Shown piece by piece: positions 37,065 to 46,798 of a DNA stretch of 64,000 nt. The position numbers were made by a program, and so were the translations under genes. Numbering within the stretch: position 1 is the stretch's first letter; each line of letters opens with the position of its first letter. The notes below the pieces were generated by a model. That model made no database searches. It saw only the letters and a list, made by a program, of their open reading frames with translations, and had not been told where the DNA came from. The DNA is from Candidatus Woesearchaeota archaeon (GTDB lineage: Archaea > Nanobdellota > Nanobdellia > Woesearchaeales > WJIZ01), in the NCBI GenBank assembly GCA_018303125.1, contig JAGVYS010000001.1:5886-69885 (forward strand), in the 5' to 3' direction.

Positions 37065-38266
37065 CGTTGTTCTATTAAAGCCATTGTATATTTGTCATTG
37101 AAATATTTCCTGGACACTCTTGCAATATCTTTTTTTGTAACGCTCTTTATTCTCTTGATATACTCTTTCCCTAAGGTGTAGCTACCAAGCATCTCCCAAT
37201 AAGCAAGGTAATCCGCAAGATTGCATGTATCTTCATGCTCAAGCACATGCCTTCCTTCTATATACCCTATTGCTTCCCTTATATCTCTGGTGCTAATGGA
37301 TTGAAGAGAATTAAACTCCCTGAGGATTATGCTTCTTATTGCCTTCAGTTTAGATTTCTCAGCGCCTAAACCTACTGCAAAAAAGCCGAAATCTGTGCTG
37401 GATTCATGGATTACATTAACCTCATAGGACAATCCCCTCTTCCCCCTTATCTCATCAAATATCCTGCCTGATTGTCCTCTCCCAAGAATTGCTTGTATGA
37501 CGTCAAGGACAAAAGAGTCATGATGCAACCTTGATACTGTCTTGAAGCCTATCACCATATATGAATTCATTAGCTTCCTCTTTTCCTTTATGACATAGCG
37601 TATTTTATTCTCTGGCTCATGAAAATATATCTGCTTCACTGGTTTTCCTGTAACATATCCGTCAAAGTAATTTTTAACTATTTTTTTTGAATCATGAAAA
37701 TTTCCTACTATGGACAAAATAGAGTTCTTTGCTGTGTATTTTTCCTTATAGTAGCCAATAAGGTCATCACGAGTCATATTCATTACATTTTCTTCTTTAC
37801 CCAAAACAGGGTATTTCGCCGGGTGTTTTCTAAATAGTTGGCTTTGGAACATCATCCACTGGTGAAGCCTTGCCTCATCATTGAACATGTTTATCTCCTT
37901 GAGTATTACCCTCCTCTCCTTGTCTATATGCTTCTGCAAGAAAATAGGGTCCCGTATTATATCAGACAGTATGTCCATTGACTTTTCAAAATGTTTTTTC
38001 GGAACTTTTACATGATACGCTGTACGCACATTGTCGGTATATGCATTTATGTCTCCCCCTATAGACTCAATCTCATTTCCAATGATCATGGCATTGCTTC
38101 TTTTTTTTGTTCCCTCAAAAACCATGTGCTCTATGAAATGACTTATTCCTCTAATGCCTTCGCACTCATTGTTGCTTCCTGTCTTTACTGTAAGATGGAC
38201 CGTAACTGTGTCAGAAGGCATCCATTTCTCTATTACTATGAGCCCATTATCCAGATGGTATTTCAC
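37061..38266 (-). CDS. M16-family zinc peptidase (pitrilysin/insulinase-like)
   Basis: Inverted zinc motif HFIEHMVFEG (HxxEH) near the N-terminus. Confidence 0.75.
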   Translation of the reverse strand: MKYHLDNGLIVIEKWMPSDTVTVHLTVKTGSNNECEGIRGISHFIEHMVFEGTKKRSNAMIIGNEIESIGGDINAYTDNVRTAYHVKVPKKHFEKSMDILSDIIRDPIFLQKHIDKERRVILKEINMFNDEARLHQWMMFQSQLFRKHPAKYPVLGKEENVMNMTRDDLIGYYKEKYTAKNSILSIVGNFHDSKKIVKNYFDGYVTGKPVKQIYFHEPENKIRYVIKEKRKLMNSYMVIGFKTVSRLHHDSFVLDVIQAILGRGQSGRIFDEIRGKRGLSYEVNVIHESSTDFGFFAVGLGAEKSKLKAIRSIILREFNSLQSISTRDIREAIGYIEGRHVLEHEDTCNLADYLAYWEMLGSYTLGKEYIKRIKSVTKKDIARVSRKYFNDKYTMALIEQR

Positions 38267-38319
38267 ATTTTTATTGGTTTTGAGGAAGCTTTTTAAATTG
38301 TATTATTTGGGGTTAACTC

Positions 38320-39390
38320 ATGAACATAGCCATGCTTAAGGGATTTCTAATTCGAAAAAAAATAGAGGCTGCGTTATTTTGTTGCCTTGATTCAGAAATT
38401 GAGAGTAAGAGCATGTCATATTTTTCAGGTTATAATGGGATTGGGTGCCTCATAGTTCCGCGAAGTAATGAGCCTTTCCTTGTAGTGCCTAAAATGGAAT
38501 TTGAAAAGGCAAAGAAATCTGGAAAAGCTTATCTCTGGAAAAAAGGAGAGGGGCTATTTGAAACTGCTGTCAGGATAATGAAGGTGAAAAAGGCACCTAT
38601 GGGGGTTCTTGGACTGGAATGTAGAAATCTCAGCTTTTCTGCTTACAAATTAATTAAAAAATATGTCAAGTGCAGAATAAAGGATATAAGCCAAGATTGC
38701 CTTGCTATAAGGTCAATAAAAAAAGAAGATGAAATAGCCAAGATAAGGATTGCATGCAAAATAGCAGATAAGATATTAATGAGATGCGTAAACTCATTCC
38801 GCTCATTTGGCACAGAAGCAGATGTAGAAAAATTCCTTCATCTGGAAACAGTAAAGAGGGGTTGCAAGCTAGCTTTCAGGCCTATAGTTGCATCTGGAAA
38901 GAACTCTAGCATGCCACACTATGAACCTGCAAACACAAAAATATCTAAGGGTTTCTGTGTAATTGATTTTGGTGTTGAATACGAGGGGTATAATTCAGAC
39001 ATAACTAGGACAATATACTTGGGCAACCCTTCAAGTAAGGAGCAAGAAATCTATAATGCGGTTCTACGTGCAGAGGAAGAGGCAATTAAATCAATAAAAG
39101 TAGGTAACAAATGTTGTCATGCTAATGAAATCGCCTGCAGTGAGCTGGGGAAGCATGCAAAAAGGTTTATCCATGGCCTTGGGCACGGTATAGGATTAAA
39201 CGTTCACGAGCTGCCTAGCATCTCATCAAAATCTGCAGACATATTTGAAGACAGTATAGTATTCACAATAGAACCAGGAGTTTATTTTCCTGGTAAATTT
39301 GGAATTAGGATTGAAGACGATATACTACTTAGAAATGGAAAAGTTGAAATACTGACTAATTCGCCAAGAAACCTAATTGCAAAAGGGTAA
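38320..39390 (+). CDS. M24-family Xaa-Pro peptidase
   Basis: HGLGHGIGLNVHE and IEPGVY pita-bread fold motifs. Confidence 0.8.
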   Translation: MNIAMLKGFLIRKKIEAALFCCLDSEIESKSMSYFSGYNGIGCLIVPRSNEPFLVVPKMEFEKAKKSGKAYLWKKGEGLFETAVRIMKVKKAPMGVLGLECRNLSFSAYKLIKKYVKCRIKDISQDCLAIRSIKKEDEIAKIRIACKIADKILMRCVNSFRSFGTEADVEKFLHLETVKRGCKLAFRPIVASGKNSSMPHYEPANTKISKGFCVIDFGVEYEGYNSDITRTIYLGNPSSKEQEIYNAVLRAEEEAIKSIKVGNKCCHANEIACSELGKHAKRFIHGLGHGIGLNVHELPSISSKSADIFEDSIVFTIEPGVYFPGKFGIRIEDDILLRNGKVEILTNSPRNLIAKG

Positions 39391-39391
39391 A

Positions 39392-41152
39392 ATGGAAAAA
39401 TATAACCTTAAAAGATTCTCAAAAAGCGTCAGCAGATACAAGAGGATACTTGGAGATATAAGGGGAAAGAGCATTTTAGTGGTTCTTGATGTATCCCAAA
39501 AGGAAGCTTTCTACTCTGTTGCGCCACTATCAAGGGCAGTGCATGAAAAGGGAGCCGATATGCACGTGTATGTCATAGGAAGCTCATCTTCCAGTTTGGA
39601 CGTTCTCAAGAGTGTTTGGACAACATACAGCGAGATGAAATCCGGACTTAAGAGCAAAAAGGGATCTGCATTGAGAGATTTCATTAGCAAGGCAGACAAA
39701 AAATGCAATGGTGCCATAGAAGGTATTTTCAGACACCCTGAAAAGTTCGTAAAAGCAAGGGGAAAAGGGTTCGAAGGTTCTTTTAGTCTTCCATATGACA
39801 TCTCCTGGATGAAAGAATATAAGAAAAAGGAACTGCTTAAAACATGCAAAATAATCTGGAAACAAGTCTATAACTTGCAGAATAATGAAAAAGTGGGCAT
39901 AAACTTTGAGCTTGTAGGTTCTGTCTTAGGTTTGCCTATAGAAGACTATCTTGATTCTTTCCAGATAAGCTACAATATGATGCTTTCTGTTAAGTCACAA
40001 GTCACAGGGATGAGCAGCTCCACGCCTCGCAAATCGCAGCTTGATGCTCCTGAGAGGATTTCAGAGCTTAAGGCAACTTTGCTTGGGTGCGAACTTTCAA
40101 AGGGTTCAAAAGAGCCAATCTTTGCCAGTTTCAAAAAGCTTTCTAGTCTGCTAAGCATAAGCAAGATGACAATCTCAAGTGCTGTATTCGGGATACACGG
40201 TAAGGGTTATCCTGGAAAGCATTATTTCGGGGAATGTGTTGGCTACCCATCTCCAAATGGAAAGACAAGGTGGGAAACACCTGGCCAGATGGTATACAAG
40301 CTTGATTTTTATCCGCAAACTGCCCTTGACCCTAGGAAGCCCAGAGCTAGGATAGCATTCACGGAAACAGTCCCTATAGACATTTTCATAAAAACATGCA
40401 AAATAGACTGGCTTAAAATGAAAGAAAGAGATGACAGCATAATCAGGCTGGCTGATAAGTGCCAGTACATCATTGTCGAAGGCAAGAAGTTTGGAAAATA
40501 CAGGACAAGTCTCAAAGTATGGCTGGAAGACAAGGGAAAAAGGTACAGGTTCAGGGGTTCTGATGTTGAGACTAGGAACCTGATAAGCCCGCACTATCCT
40601 AATAAAAAAATAGTTGCAGGCACAATGGCCAATATACCTGGAGGAGAGGCTTTTACCACTCCAAAATATGTCAAGGGACAGTTTATAGGGGATGTTGTGA
40701 TAAGCCTTGACCAGAGTTATAAGCTCAATGCTAAAGATCCTTTTGTCATAAACTGCTATGGTAACCGCTATAAGGTAATAAGGGAACCTAAAATCATTGG
40801 GATGAAATTCAAGGAAAAGAAAAAGCAGGCATGGAAAAGGATATTGAACCAGGAAAAAAACAAGGCAGTGCCAATGAGCATTGTTAATCTTCAGAAAGAA
40901 AACTTTAATAACATAGGCGAATTCGCGATAAATACGAATCCAAAAGCAGAACTATGCAATTACCTCATTGTTAACGAGAAGATAGCAAACATGATTCATA
41001 TTGCGCTTGGTTCTGGTTTTGAAGCTGAACGCTCAACAACATACCATACTGATATTGTCATAGATGCGCCACGTCAGCAGTTGGACATATACGGTGTAGA
41101 TAATAATGGGAAAAAGTACTGGATACACAAGAAAGGCAAGTTTGTTATTTAA
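39392..41152 (+). CDS. M29-like aminopeptidase paralog with a long N-terminal extension
   Basis: C-terminal half shares NIPGGEAFTTP / IHIALGSGF / YHTDIVID with the downstream M29-like gene; ATG at 39392 follows the stop of the M24 gene. Confidence 0.45.
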   Translation: MEKYNLKRFSKSVSRYKRILGDIRGKSILVVLDVSQKEAFYSVAPLSRAVHEKGADMHVYVIGSSSSSLDVLKSVWTTYSEMKSGLKSKKGSALRDFISKADKKCNGAIEGIFRHPEKFVKARGKGFEGSFSLPYDISWMKEYKKKELLKTCKIIWKQVYNLQNNEKVGINFELVGSVLGLPIEDYLDSFQISYNMMLSVKSQVTGMSSSTPRKSQLDAPERISELKATLLGCELSKGSKEPIFASFKKLSSLLSISKMTISSAVFGIHGKGYPGKHYFGECVGYPSPNGKTRWETPGQMVYKLDFYPQTALDPRKPRARIAFTETVPIDIFIKTCKIDWLKMKERDDSIIRLADKCQYIIVEGKKFGKYRTSLKVWLEDKGKRYRFRGSDVETRNLISPHYPNKKIVAGTMANIPGGEAFTTPKYVKGQFIGDVVISLDQSYKLNAKDPFVINCYGNRYKVIREPKIIGMKFKEKKKQAWKRILNQEKNKAVPMSIVNLQKENFNNIGEFAINTNPKAELCNYLIVNEKIANMIHIALGSGFEAERSTTYHTDIVIDAPRQQLDIYGVDNNGKKYWIHKKGKFVI

Positions 41153-42107
41153 GTCCAGGCTTGATAAGGCTATAGAATCCGTGATTCTTAATAACTTGGG
41201 CATTAGAAAAGATGAGAGATTTCTAATAGTTTACGACAGTACAAAGGCACCACTGGCTGAAAGGTTCAAGAATGTTGCTTCTTCAATTGTGGAAGATGTT
41301 GTTCTAATGAGGATTCCGCAAACCAGCGTGGACGGCCAAGAGCCTTCAGCCAAGGCTTCGAAGGCACTGCTGGAGTGCGATGCTGCCATCATACTTACCT
41401 CAAGGTCAATCTCGCATACAAAAGCCAGAAGAAATGCCACAGCAAAGGGCGTCAGGATGGCTTCCATGCCAGGAATAACTGAAGAGATAATGAAGAGAAG
41501 CGTTAACATAGATTACAGCGGCCTGAAAAAGCGCATAGAAAAAATTGGTAGCTTGCTTGACAAAGCAAAGTACGTGAACATAAAGACCTCCTTTGGGACT
41601 GATATCTATTTCAGCATAAGCGGCAGGAAGTCGCACGGCCTGTCTGCAGGAATGTTCAATACAAAGGGAAAATGGGGTAACTTACCTGAAGGAGAATCAT
41701 ATATAGCGCCTGTCGAAGGTTCGGCAAATGGTGTCTTTGTTGTGGATGGTTCCATAGCAGGCATAGGAAAAATTAAGCACCCTGTGATTTTTTTCGTCAG
41801 AGATGGCATGATAGAAAAGATAACAAATGGGAAAAAGCCTTTGATTATAGAGGACATGATGAGTAGAATAGGCACAAAGGCAAGGAATATAGCAGAGTTC
41901 GGGATAGGGCTCAACAATAAGGCAAGAGTTACAGGCATTGTTCTTGAGGACGAGAAGGCTATTGGAACATGCCATATTGCTCTGGGTAACAATATAGGCT
42001 TTGGTGGGAAAGTCGACGTTCCTTTTCATGTCGACTGCGTTATAAGAAAGCCAAGCATCTGGCTTGACAATAAGAGAATAATGAAAAATGGGAAGTTGCT
42101 GGTTTAA
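41106..42107 (+). CDS. M29-family (AmpS/PepS-like) aminopeptidase
   Basis: LPEGESYIAP, CHIALGNNIGFGG and FHVDCVI resemble the thermophilic M29 aminopeptidase family; 5' start uncertain (overlaps the upstream gene by 47 nt). Confidence 0.5.
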   Translation: MGKSTGYTRKASLLFKSRLDKAIESVILNNLGIRKDERFLIVYDSTKAPLAERFKNVASSIVEDVVLMRIPQTSVDGQEPSAKASKALLECDAAIILTSRSISHTKARRNATAKGVRMASMPGITEEIMKRSVNIDYSGLKKRIEKIGSLLDKAKYVNIKTSFGTDIYFSISGRKSHGLSAGMFNTKGKWGNLPEGESYIAPVEGSANGVFVVDGSIAGIGKIKHPVIFFVRDGMIEKITNGKKPLIIEDMMSRIGTKARNIAEFGIGLNNKARVTGIVLEDEKAIGTCHIALGNNIGFGGKVDVPFHVDCVIRKPSIWLDNKRIMKNGKLLV

Positions 42108-42166
42108 CTCTTTATTTTCTAGAATGCTATTTGTTCAGATAATATCAAAATACCCTTGCAGAGTCT

Positions 42167-43570
42167 TCAAATTTTAGCTACGTGAACAGGTACATCATTT
42201 ATAGTAGTCTTATCCATTGTCTTTACAGCCCAAAAGTACCCTATCATGGACGCTACAATGTTTCCTGCTGCTATCGCTACCCATATGGAGGTTATAGGCA
42301 AGTGGAATAAATTCGTTAATACATAGCTCAGCGGGATAGAAATGACTATGAACTTTATGAAGAATATCCAAAAGCCTGGCCACGACTTGCCTTTGGCCTG
42401 GAATGCGCTGGCCTCCACCATAATTGCAGCCAGAAAGCCGTAGCTTAAAACAACTGTCCACATATAGGAGCGGGTATAGCTTGTCACAAGTGGGTCACTC
42501 GTAAATAATCTGATAATCCCACCAGCAAAAAGAAAGGCTAATATGCCTATGAAAGTTGCTGAAAAAAAGCTGTATTTTAACGCCATGTTCAGAATTTTCT
42601 TTGCGCGTTCTGGCTTTCCGGCACCTAAACTTTGGGCAATCATTGCCATTGCACCGAAGCCGAAGCCAACTGCAGGCAAGAAAGCAAAAAAATCTATCCT
42701 GAAGCCAAGACTGAAAGCTATTGCACCAGGTTCAAAAAACACGAGGGAGATGACAAAAGTAAGGGCAGCCATTCCGACCGGAAAAATAACCTGCGTCAAT
42801 GCTGCCGGGATGCCTATATCAAGAATTTTTTTCACAGATTCAATTTTGAGTGTGAGATTAGAGAAATGGAACCTTATATGCCTATGCTTGCCGGAGAGTG
42901 AAGGTATAGCTATCAATATAAATATCGTCTGGGAGACTAGCGTAGCGATTGCTGCTCCGGAAATGCCCATGGCAGGGAGTCCCCACCAACCGAATATCAT
43001 TATCGGGTCCATGATTGCATTAACCAGCGTCGATATTGCGAACAACTTTGTAAGGGTAAAGGTATCGCCTTGGGCATTGAAGGCAAACATTATGGTTATC
43101 AAAATGAAAAAAAGCACAGAGCCGCCTGCCGTGATTGTAAAGTAATCCAATGCAGGTTCAAAAATTGCGCCGCTGGCACCTGAAGCAATAAGAAGCTCGT
43201 TTCTGAATATCAAGGATATTACTGTAAACAAAATACCTGCGATGACAGCTAGAACAAATGATTGCCCCAGAACACGCTCTGCTTCTTTTTTGTCTTTTGC
43301 TCCAATGTGCATAGACATGATTACGCCAGAGCCAATTGTAATGCCGAACCCCAGTGAGATCATAACGAACAAGGTAATCTGTGAAATACTCACTGCTGCT
43401 ATAGCTTCTGGTGATAATTTGCTTACCCAGTATGCATCTACTAAATTATAAAGCGTATAAAAGAATACTGACAGCATCATAGGCCATGCTAAAGACCATA
43501 GTTCTTTCAGAATATCTCCTTTCGTCAGGTCTTTATCGTGCCATTCCTGATGTTTATTATTATGTTCCAT
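42167..43570 (-). CDS. MATE-family efflux transporter
   Basis: 12-TM MATE architecture; start set at MEHNNKHQEW (43570) to leave a promoter gap before divergent pan; the ORF track extends to 43624. Confidence 0.8.
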   Translation of the reverse strand: MEHNNKHQEWHDKDLTKGDILKELWSLAWPMMLSVFFYTLYNLVDAYWVSKLSPEAIAAVSISQITLFVMISLGFGITIGSGVIMSMHIGAKDKKEAERVLGQSFVLAVIAGILFTVISLIFRNELLIASGASGAIFEPALDYFTITAGGSVLFFILITIMFAFNAQGDTFTLTKLFAISTLVNAIMDPIMIFGWWGLPAMGISGAAIATLVSQTIFILIAIPSLSGKHRHIRFHFSNLTLKIESVKKILDIGIPAALTQVIFPVGMAALTFVISLVFFEPGAIAFSLGFRIDFFAFLPAVGFGFGAMAMIAQSLGAGKPERAKKILNMALKYSFFSATFIGILAFLFAGGIIRLFTSDPLVTSYTRSYMWTVVLSYGFLAAIMVEASAFQAKGKSWPGFWIFFIKFIVISIPLSYVLTNLFHLPITSIWVAIAAGNIVASMIGYFWAVKTMDKTTINDVPVHVAKI

Positions 43571-43631
43571 TATTGTTAAAAATAAATAAGCTATATAAAA
43601 ATGTAGCTGATTTATTTCCTGCAAATGTTTT

Positions 43632-44810
43632 ATGCAAAAGAATATAAAGGGATTCGTTTTACTTATACCTATGAGTAGTAAGGAGAAAAATATAATTGAC
43701 TCCGTGATTTACAATTATACTGCTACTTCTTCAGCGCTGGAAGAGGAAAACCAGCTCCTTAAAGATACTATCAGTAAAATGAAGGAGGAGCTTGACAGGC
43801 TAAAGACTCCTCCCTTAATGATTTGCGAAGTAATGGATATCCATGACGACAATGCAGTAATCAGGATACCAAACGGAAACCAATTCTATGTTACTTACAA
43901 CGCTGAAGCAAATCTAAAAGCAGGCGACAGCGTTCTTTGCGACCAGAAAAATCTTAACATCGTAAAAAAGATAGACACATCAAGAAAATTCAATGTAGAA
44001 AAATTTGTTATTGTTGAAAAGCCAGATATAAAGTGGGAAAGCGTAGGCGGCCTAAAGGAGCAGGAAAACGAGATAAGAGAAGTTATAGAATTGCCTCTCA
44101 AGAAGCCAGAGCTTTTCAGGAAAGTTGGTATTACTCCTCCCAAAGGCATTCTTCTTCATGGTCCGCCAGGAACAGGCAAGACTTTGCTTGCAAAAGCTGT
44201 GGCCGCATCAACAAATTCCACCTTCATTGAGGTCGTGGGCTCTGAACTTGTACAGAAGTTTATAGGAGAAGGTGCAAAGCTAGTTAAGGAAATTTTCGAT
44301 ATGGCGAGAAAAAAGGCTCCTGCAATTATCTTTATCGATGAGATTGATTCATTGGCTGCCTGTAGGATGGAAGTAGGCACTTCAGGAGAAAGGGAAGCAA
44401 ACAGGACTTTCATGCAGCTGCTTGCAGAGATAGACGGATTCAAATCATTGGATGATGTCAAGATTATAGGCGCAACAAACAGGAAAGATATATTGGACCC
44501 TGCGGTTATAAGGCCTGGCAGGCTTGACAGGATTATCTCTGTGCCAAATCCAAATAATGAAGGGAGAAAAGAGATTTTCAAGATACATTCCAGCAAGATG
44601 AACATCGATGATGACGTTGATATAGATATTGTTGTGGAAAAAATGGACGGATTCTCAGGTGCGGAAATAAAATCTGTTTGCACTGAAGCAGGTTATTTCG
44701 CAATAAGGGACAACAGGTCAAATGTAAAGAGGAGTGATATTCTTAAGGCAGTAATCAAAGTAAGGAAAGAAGAAGAACTTGATGAAGAACACTTGAATAT
44801 GTTCGGATAG
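43632..44810 (+). CDS. pan: Proteasome-activating nucleotidase (PAN, AAA+ ATPase)
   Basis: N-terminal coiled coil, OB domain, AAA Walker A GPPGTGKT, Walker B IIFIDEID. Confidence 0.92.
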   Translation: MQKNIKGFVLLIPMSSKEKNIIDSVIYNYTATSSALEEENQLLKDTISKMKEELDRLKTPPLMICEVMDIHDDNAVIRIPNGNQFYVTYNAEANLKAGDSVLCDQKNLNIVKKIDTSRKFNVEKFVIVEKPDIKWESVGGLKEQENEIREVIELPLKKPELFRKVGITPPKGILLHGPPGTGKTLLAKAVAASTNSTFIEVVGSELVQKFIGEGAKLVKEIFDMARKKAPAIIFIDEIDSLAACRMEVGTSGEREANRTFMQLLAEIDGFKSLDDVKIIGATNRKDILDPAVIRPGRLDRIISVPNPNNEGRKEIFKIHSSKMNIDDDVDIDIVVEKMDGFSGAEIKSVCTEAGYFAIRDNRSNVKRSDILKAVIKVRKEEELDEEHLNMFG

Positions 44811-44921
44811 CGGAATTGTGCAGTGCTAACAAGTTACTTCCTTTCATCATCCTTGCGTCAGATGGTGTTCACAAGTATCATCGCACTGATGCACTCCGTA
44901 ATAGCCTGAAATCATTCTTGG

Positions 44922-45758
44922 TTAAAATATCTTTGCATCCACACATACCCGGTATTTCCCAGGACCATATTGGCCACATTTTACAATCCTAAATATATCT
45001 GCGCTTCTTTTTGCAATAGCGCAGGCGCGGATTACCTTTTCGGCACTTTCGCTCATATTTTTTTCATGAGAAAAATCGTAAAAATGAAGAATGCCGTTTT
45101 TCTTAACCTTGGGTATGGCTATCCCAAGAAAATCCTCTGAAGATTTTGGAAGAGGCATCAGCACCCTGTCAAAAGATTTTCTCATTTTTGGTAAAACAAT
45201 CTTTGCGTCCCCGAGTACAAGCATGATGTTCTCTGCTTTATTTAGCTTCAAGTTTTCAGTTGCGTATTTATGCGCCTTTGGATTTACCTCTATTCCGTAA
45301 ATTTTTTTTGCCTTTGTATTCTTTGCCATATTGAGCGGATACACACCTGAACCTGAAAACATGACAAGCACTTCTTCCCCTTCCTTTATTTCCTTGTTTA
45401 TCCTCTCCCTTTCATGGGCAAGGCGAGGAGAAAAATAAACATCCTGGACATGAAGCTTCACTATAACACCATTTTCCCTGTGCGTTGTTTCCTTTCTTCT
45501 TTCGCCTGCTATAATTCTTAGAATAGGCGTCCTGTATTTCCCGCTATAGCTGCCTGTCTTTTTGCACACCACTCTAAGATGTTTGAAATTTTTAAGTATC
45601 TCCTCGCCTATAATCTTCTCCTTCTTCTCCAGTTTTTCAGGGAAATCTGCAAATATCAATATATCTCCCACTATGTCAAAGCTTGTAGGCAATAGTGAAA
45701 GTTCGCTCTGGCTTAGCTGTCCTTTCATCATATCCTTTAAAGATTGTTTCCCTGCCAT
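44922..45758 (-). CDS. trm5: tRNA (m1G37) methyltransferase Trm5/Taw2 family
   Basis: Class I MTase motif I VLVMFSGSGVYPL and FDRVLMPLP typical of Trm5/Tyw2. Confidence 0.7.
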   Translation of the reverse strand: MAGKQSLKDMMKGQLSQSELSLLPTSFDIVGDILIFADFPEKLEKKEKIIGEEILKNFKHLRVVCKKTGSYSGKYRTPILRIIAGERRKETTHRENGVIVKLHVQDVYFSPRLAHERERINKEIKEGEEVLVMFSGSGVYPLNMAKNTKAKKIYGIEVNPKAHKYATENLKLNKAENIMLVLGDAKIVLPKMRKSFDRVLMPLPKSSEDFLGIAIPKVKKNGILHFYDFSHEKNMSESAEKVIRACAIAKRSADIFRIVKCGQYGPGKYRVCVDAKIF

Positions 45759-45762
45759 TTTT

Positions 45763-46797
45763 TCAGAAAAAATCCCGGAGGCCGCGCTGGGCTTGGCTGC
45801 TCTGACCTAAACTTATCCTGTCCAATGTGATATCCACTCTTTCAGGTGAGAAGTCATGCTCTTCCACAAGTATCTTGTACACCTCTTTTCTGTCTACCTC
45901 TTCCCATGATAAGGAATAATCATCCGTCACAGGTATGTTCTTGAATAATCTGAATACATCCTGCCATGGATAGTCAAAGTATTCTTTCCATCCTGCTGCC
46001 TCAAACAGCTTGTCGAAATTTCTGTCGTGCTCTTTCACAAGCTTTAGGGCTTTATGTGGCCCTATTCCCTTTATACCCCCCATATTAAAATCTGTGCCTA
46101 CCAGAATGCCAAGTGCTATAAGCTGGTCCTGGTCTATGCCTAGATTGTTTAGTGTATCTGACAGGCTAACTATCTCTGGATTTATTGCTTCAAATGCGAG
46201 CTTGTTGGCTTTTTTCCTTTTTCCTGCAAGCGAAAGATTTCTCAGCAGCCTTGTTGAGCCGAAAAGCAAGCTGTCTGCATCCTGAGAAGCTACCGCAAAT
46301 GCCTTTTCCTGCTTAACCATATGCGAAGCCTGCGCCTCGCCTTCAGAAGGTGCATCTACTATGGGTATCCCCATAGCCACAATAAGCCTCTTTGATTCCG
46401 ATACCATTTCGCTTGTCAGCCTTGCTGTCCTCGCTGCATATTTTCTCATCTCATCTATGTTTTCCTGTGCCTTTGCCTCATCATATTTTATGGCTGCTGA
46501 AGCTTTCAGGCTTTTGCGCCTTTCTCTTTCCTTGAGCTTTAATTCAGGCGGCTTGCCATCAAAAATATATGCAAGGCGAATGCCTTTTTGCATCAGGTTT
46601 GCATTTCTTGAAAAAATGCCAGATAAGTGTGAAGTTACTCTTCCCTTGGAATCAGTAAGAGGGCTTCCATCCCTCTGCCTTATTGTGGTTATAAACTGAT
46701 AAAGGAACAGATGTGCATCTACGGCGATTACCTTGCCGCTTAATGAATCTAGGCTGATTTCTTTTGCCGAAACTATCTCAGTTATGTTTACTCCCAT
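45763..46797 (-). CDS. fen: Flap endonuclease 1
   Basis: XPG-N and XPG-I domains and helix-3-turn-helix; GKVIAVDAHLFLYQF. Confidence 0.92.
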   Translation of the reverse strand: MGVNITEIVSAKEISLDSLSGKVIAVDAHLFLYQFITTIRQRDGSPLTDSKGRVTSHLSGIFSRNANLMQKGIRLAYIFDGKPPELKLKERERRKSLKASAAIKYDEAKAQENIDEMRKYAARTARLTSEMVSESKRLIVAMGIPIVDAPSEGEAQASHMVKQEKAFAVASQDADSLLFGSTRLLRNLSLAGKRKKANKLAFEAINPEIVSLSDTLNNLGIDQDQLIALGILVGTDFNMGGIKGIGPHKALKLVKEHDRNFDKLFEAAGWKEYFDYPWQDVFRLFKNIPVTDDYSLSWEEVDRKEVYKILVEEHDFSPERVDITLDRISLGQSSQAQRGLRDFF

Positions 46798-46798
46798 T

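Noticed and set aside
41106-41152. 47-nt overlap between the two M29-like genes considered as a frameshifted single gene or pseudogene
   Set aside because: Each ORF independently carries a complete set of M29-like motifs. This is more likely a mis-called start for the downstream gene than a disrupted gene.
42543-43145. 200-aa plus-strand ORF inside the MATE transporter gene
   Set aside because: Antisense shadow; the MATE reading frame is continuous and has 12 TM helices.
44156-44683. 175-aa minus-strand ORF inside pan
   Set aside because: Antisense shadow of a highly conserved AAA ATPase gene.
44811-44921. Possible C/D-box sRNA on the minus strand (GCGATGATA...CTGA...GGATGATGA...)
   Set aside because: The C box is imperfect (ATGATA) and no canonical terminal D box (CTGA) follows the C' box at the right spacing. 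More likely this is just the convergent pan/trm5 terminator region.
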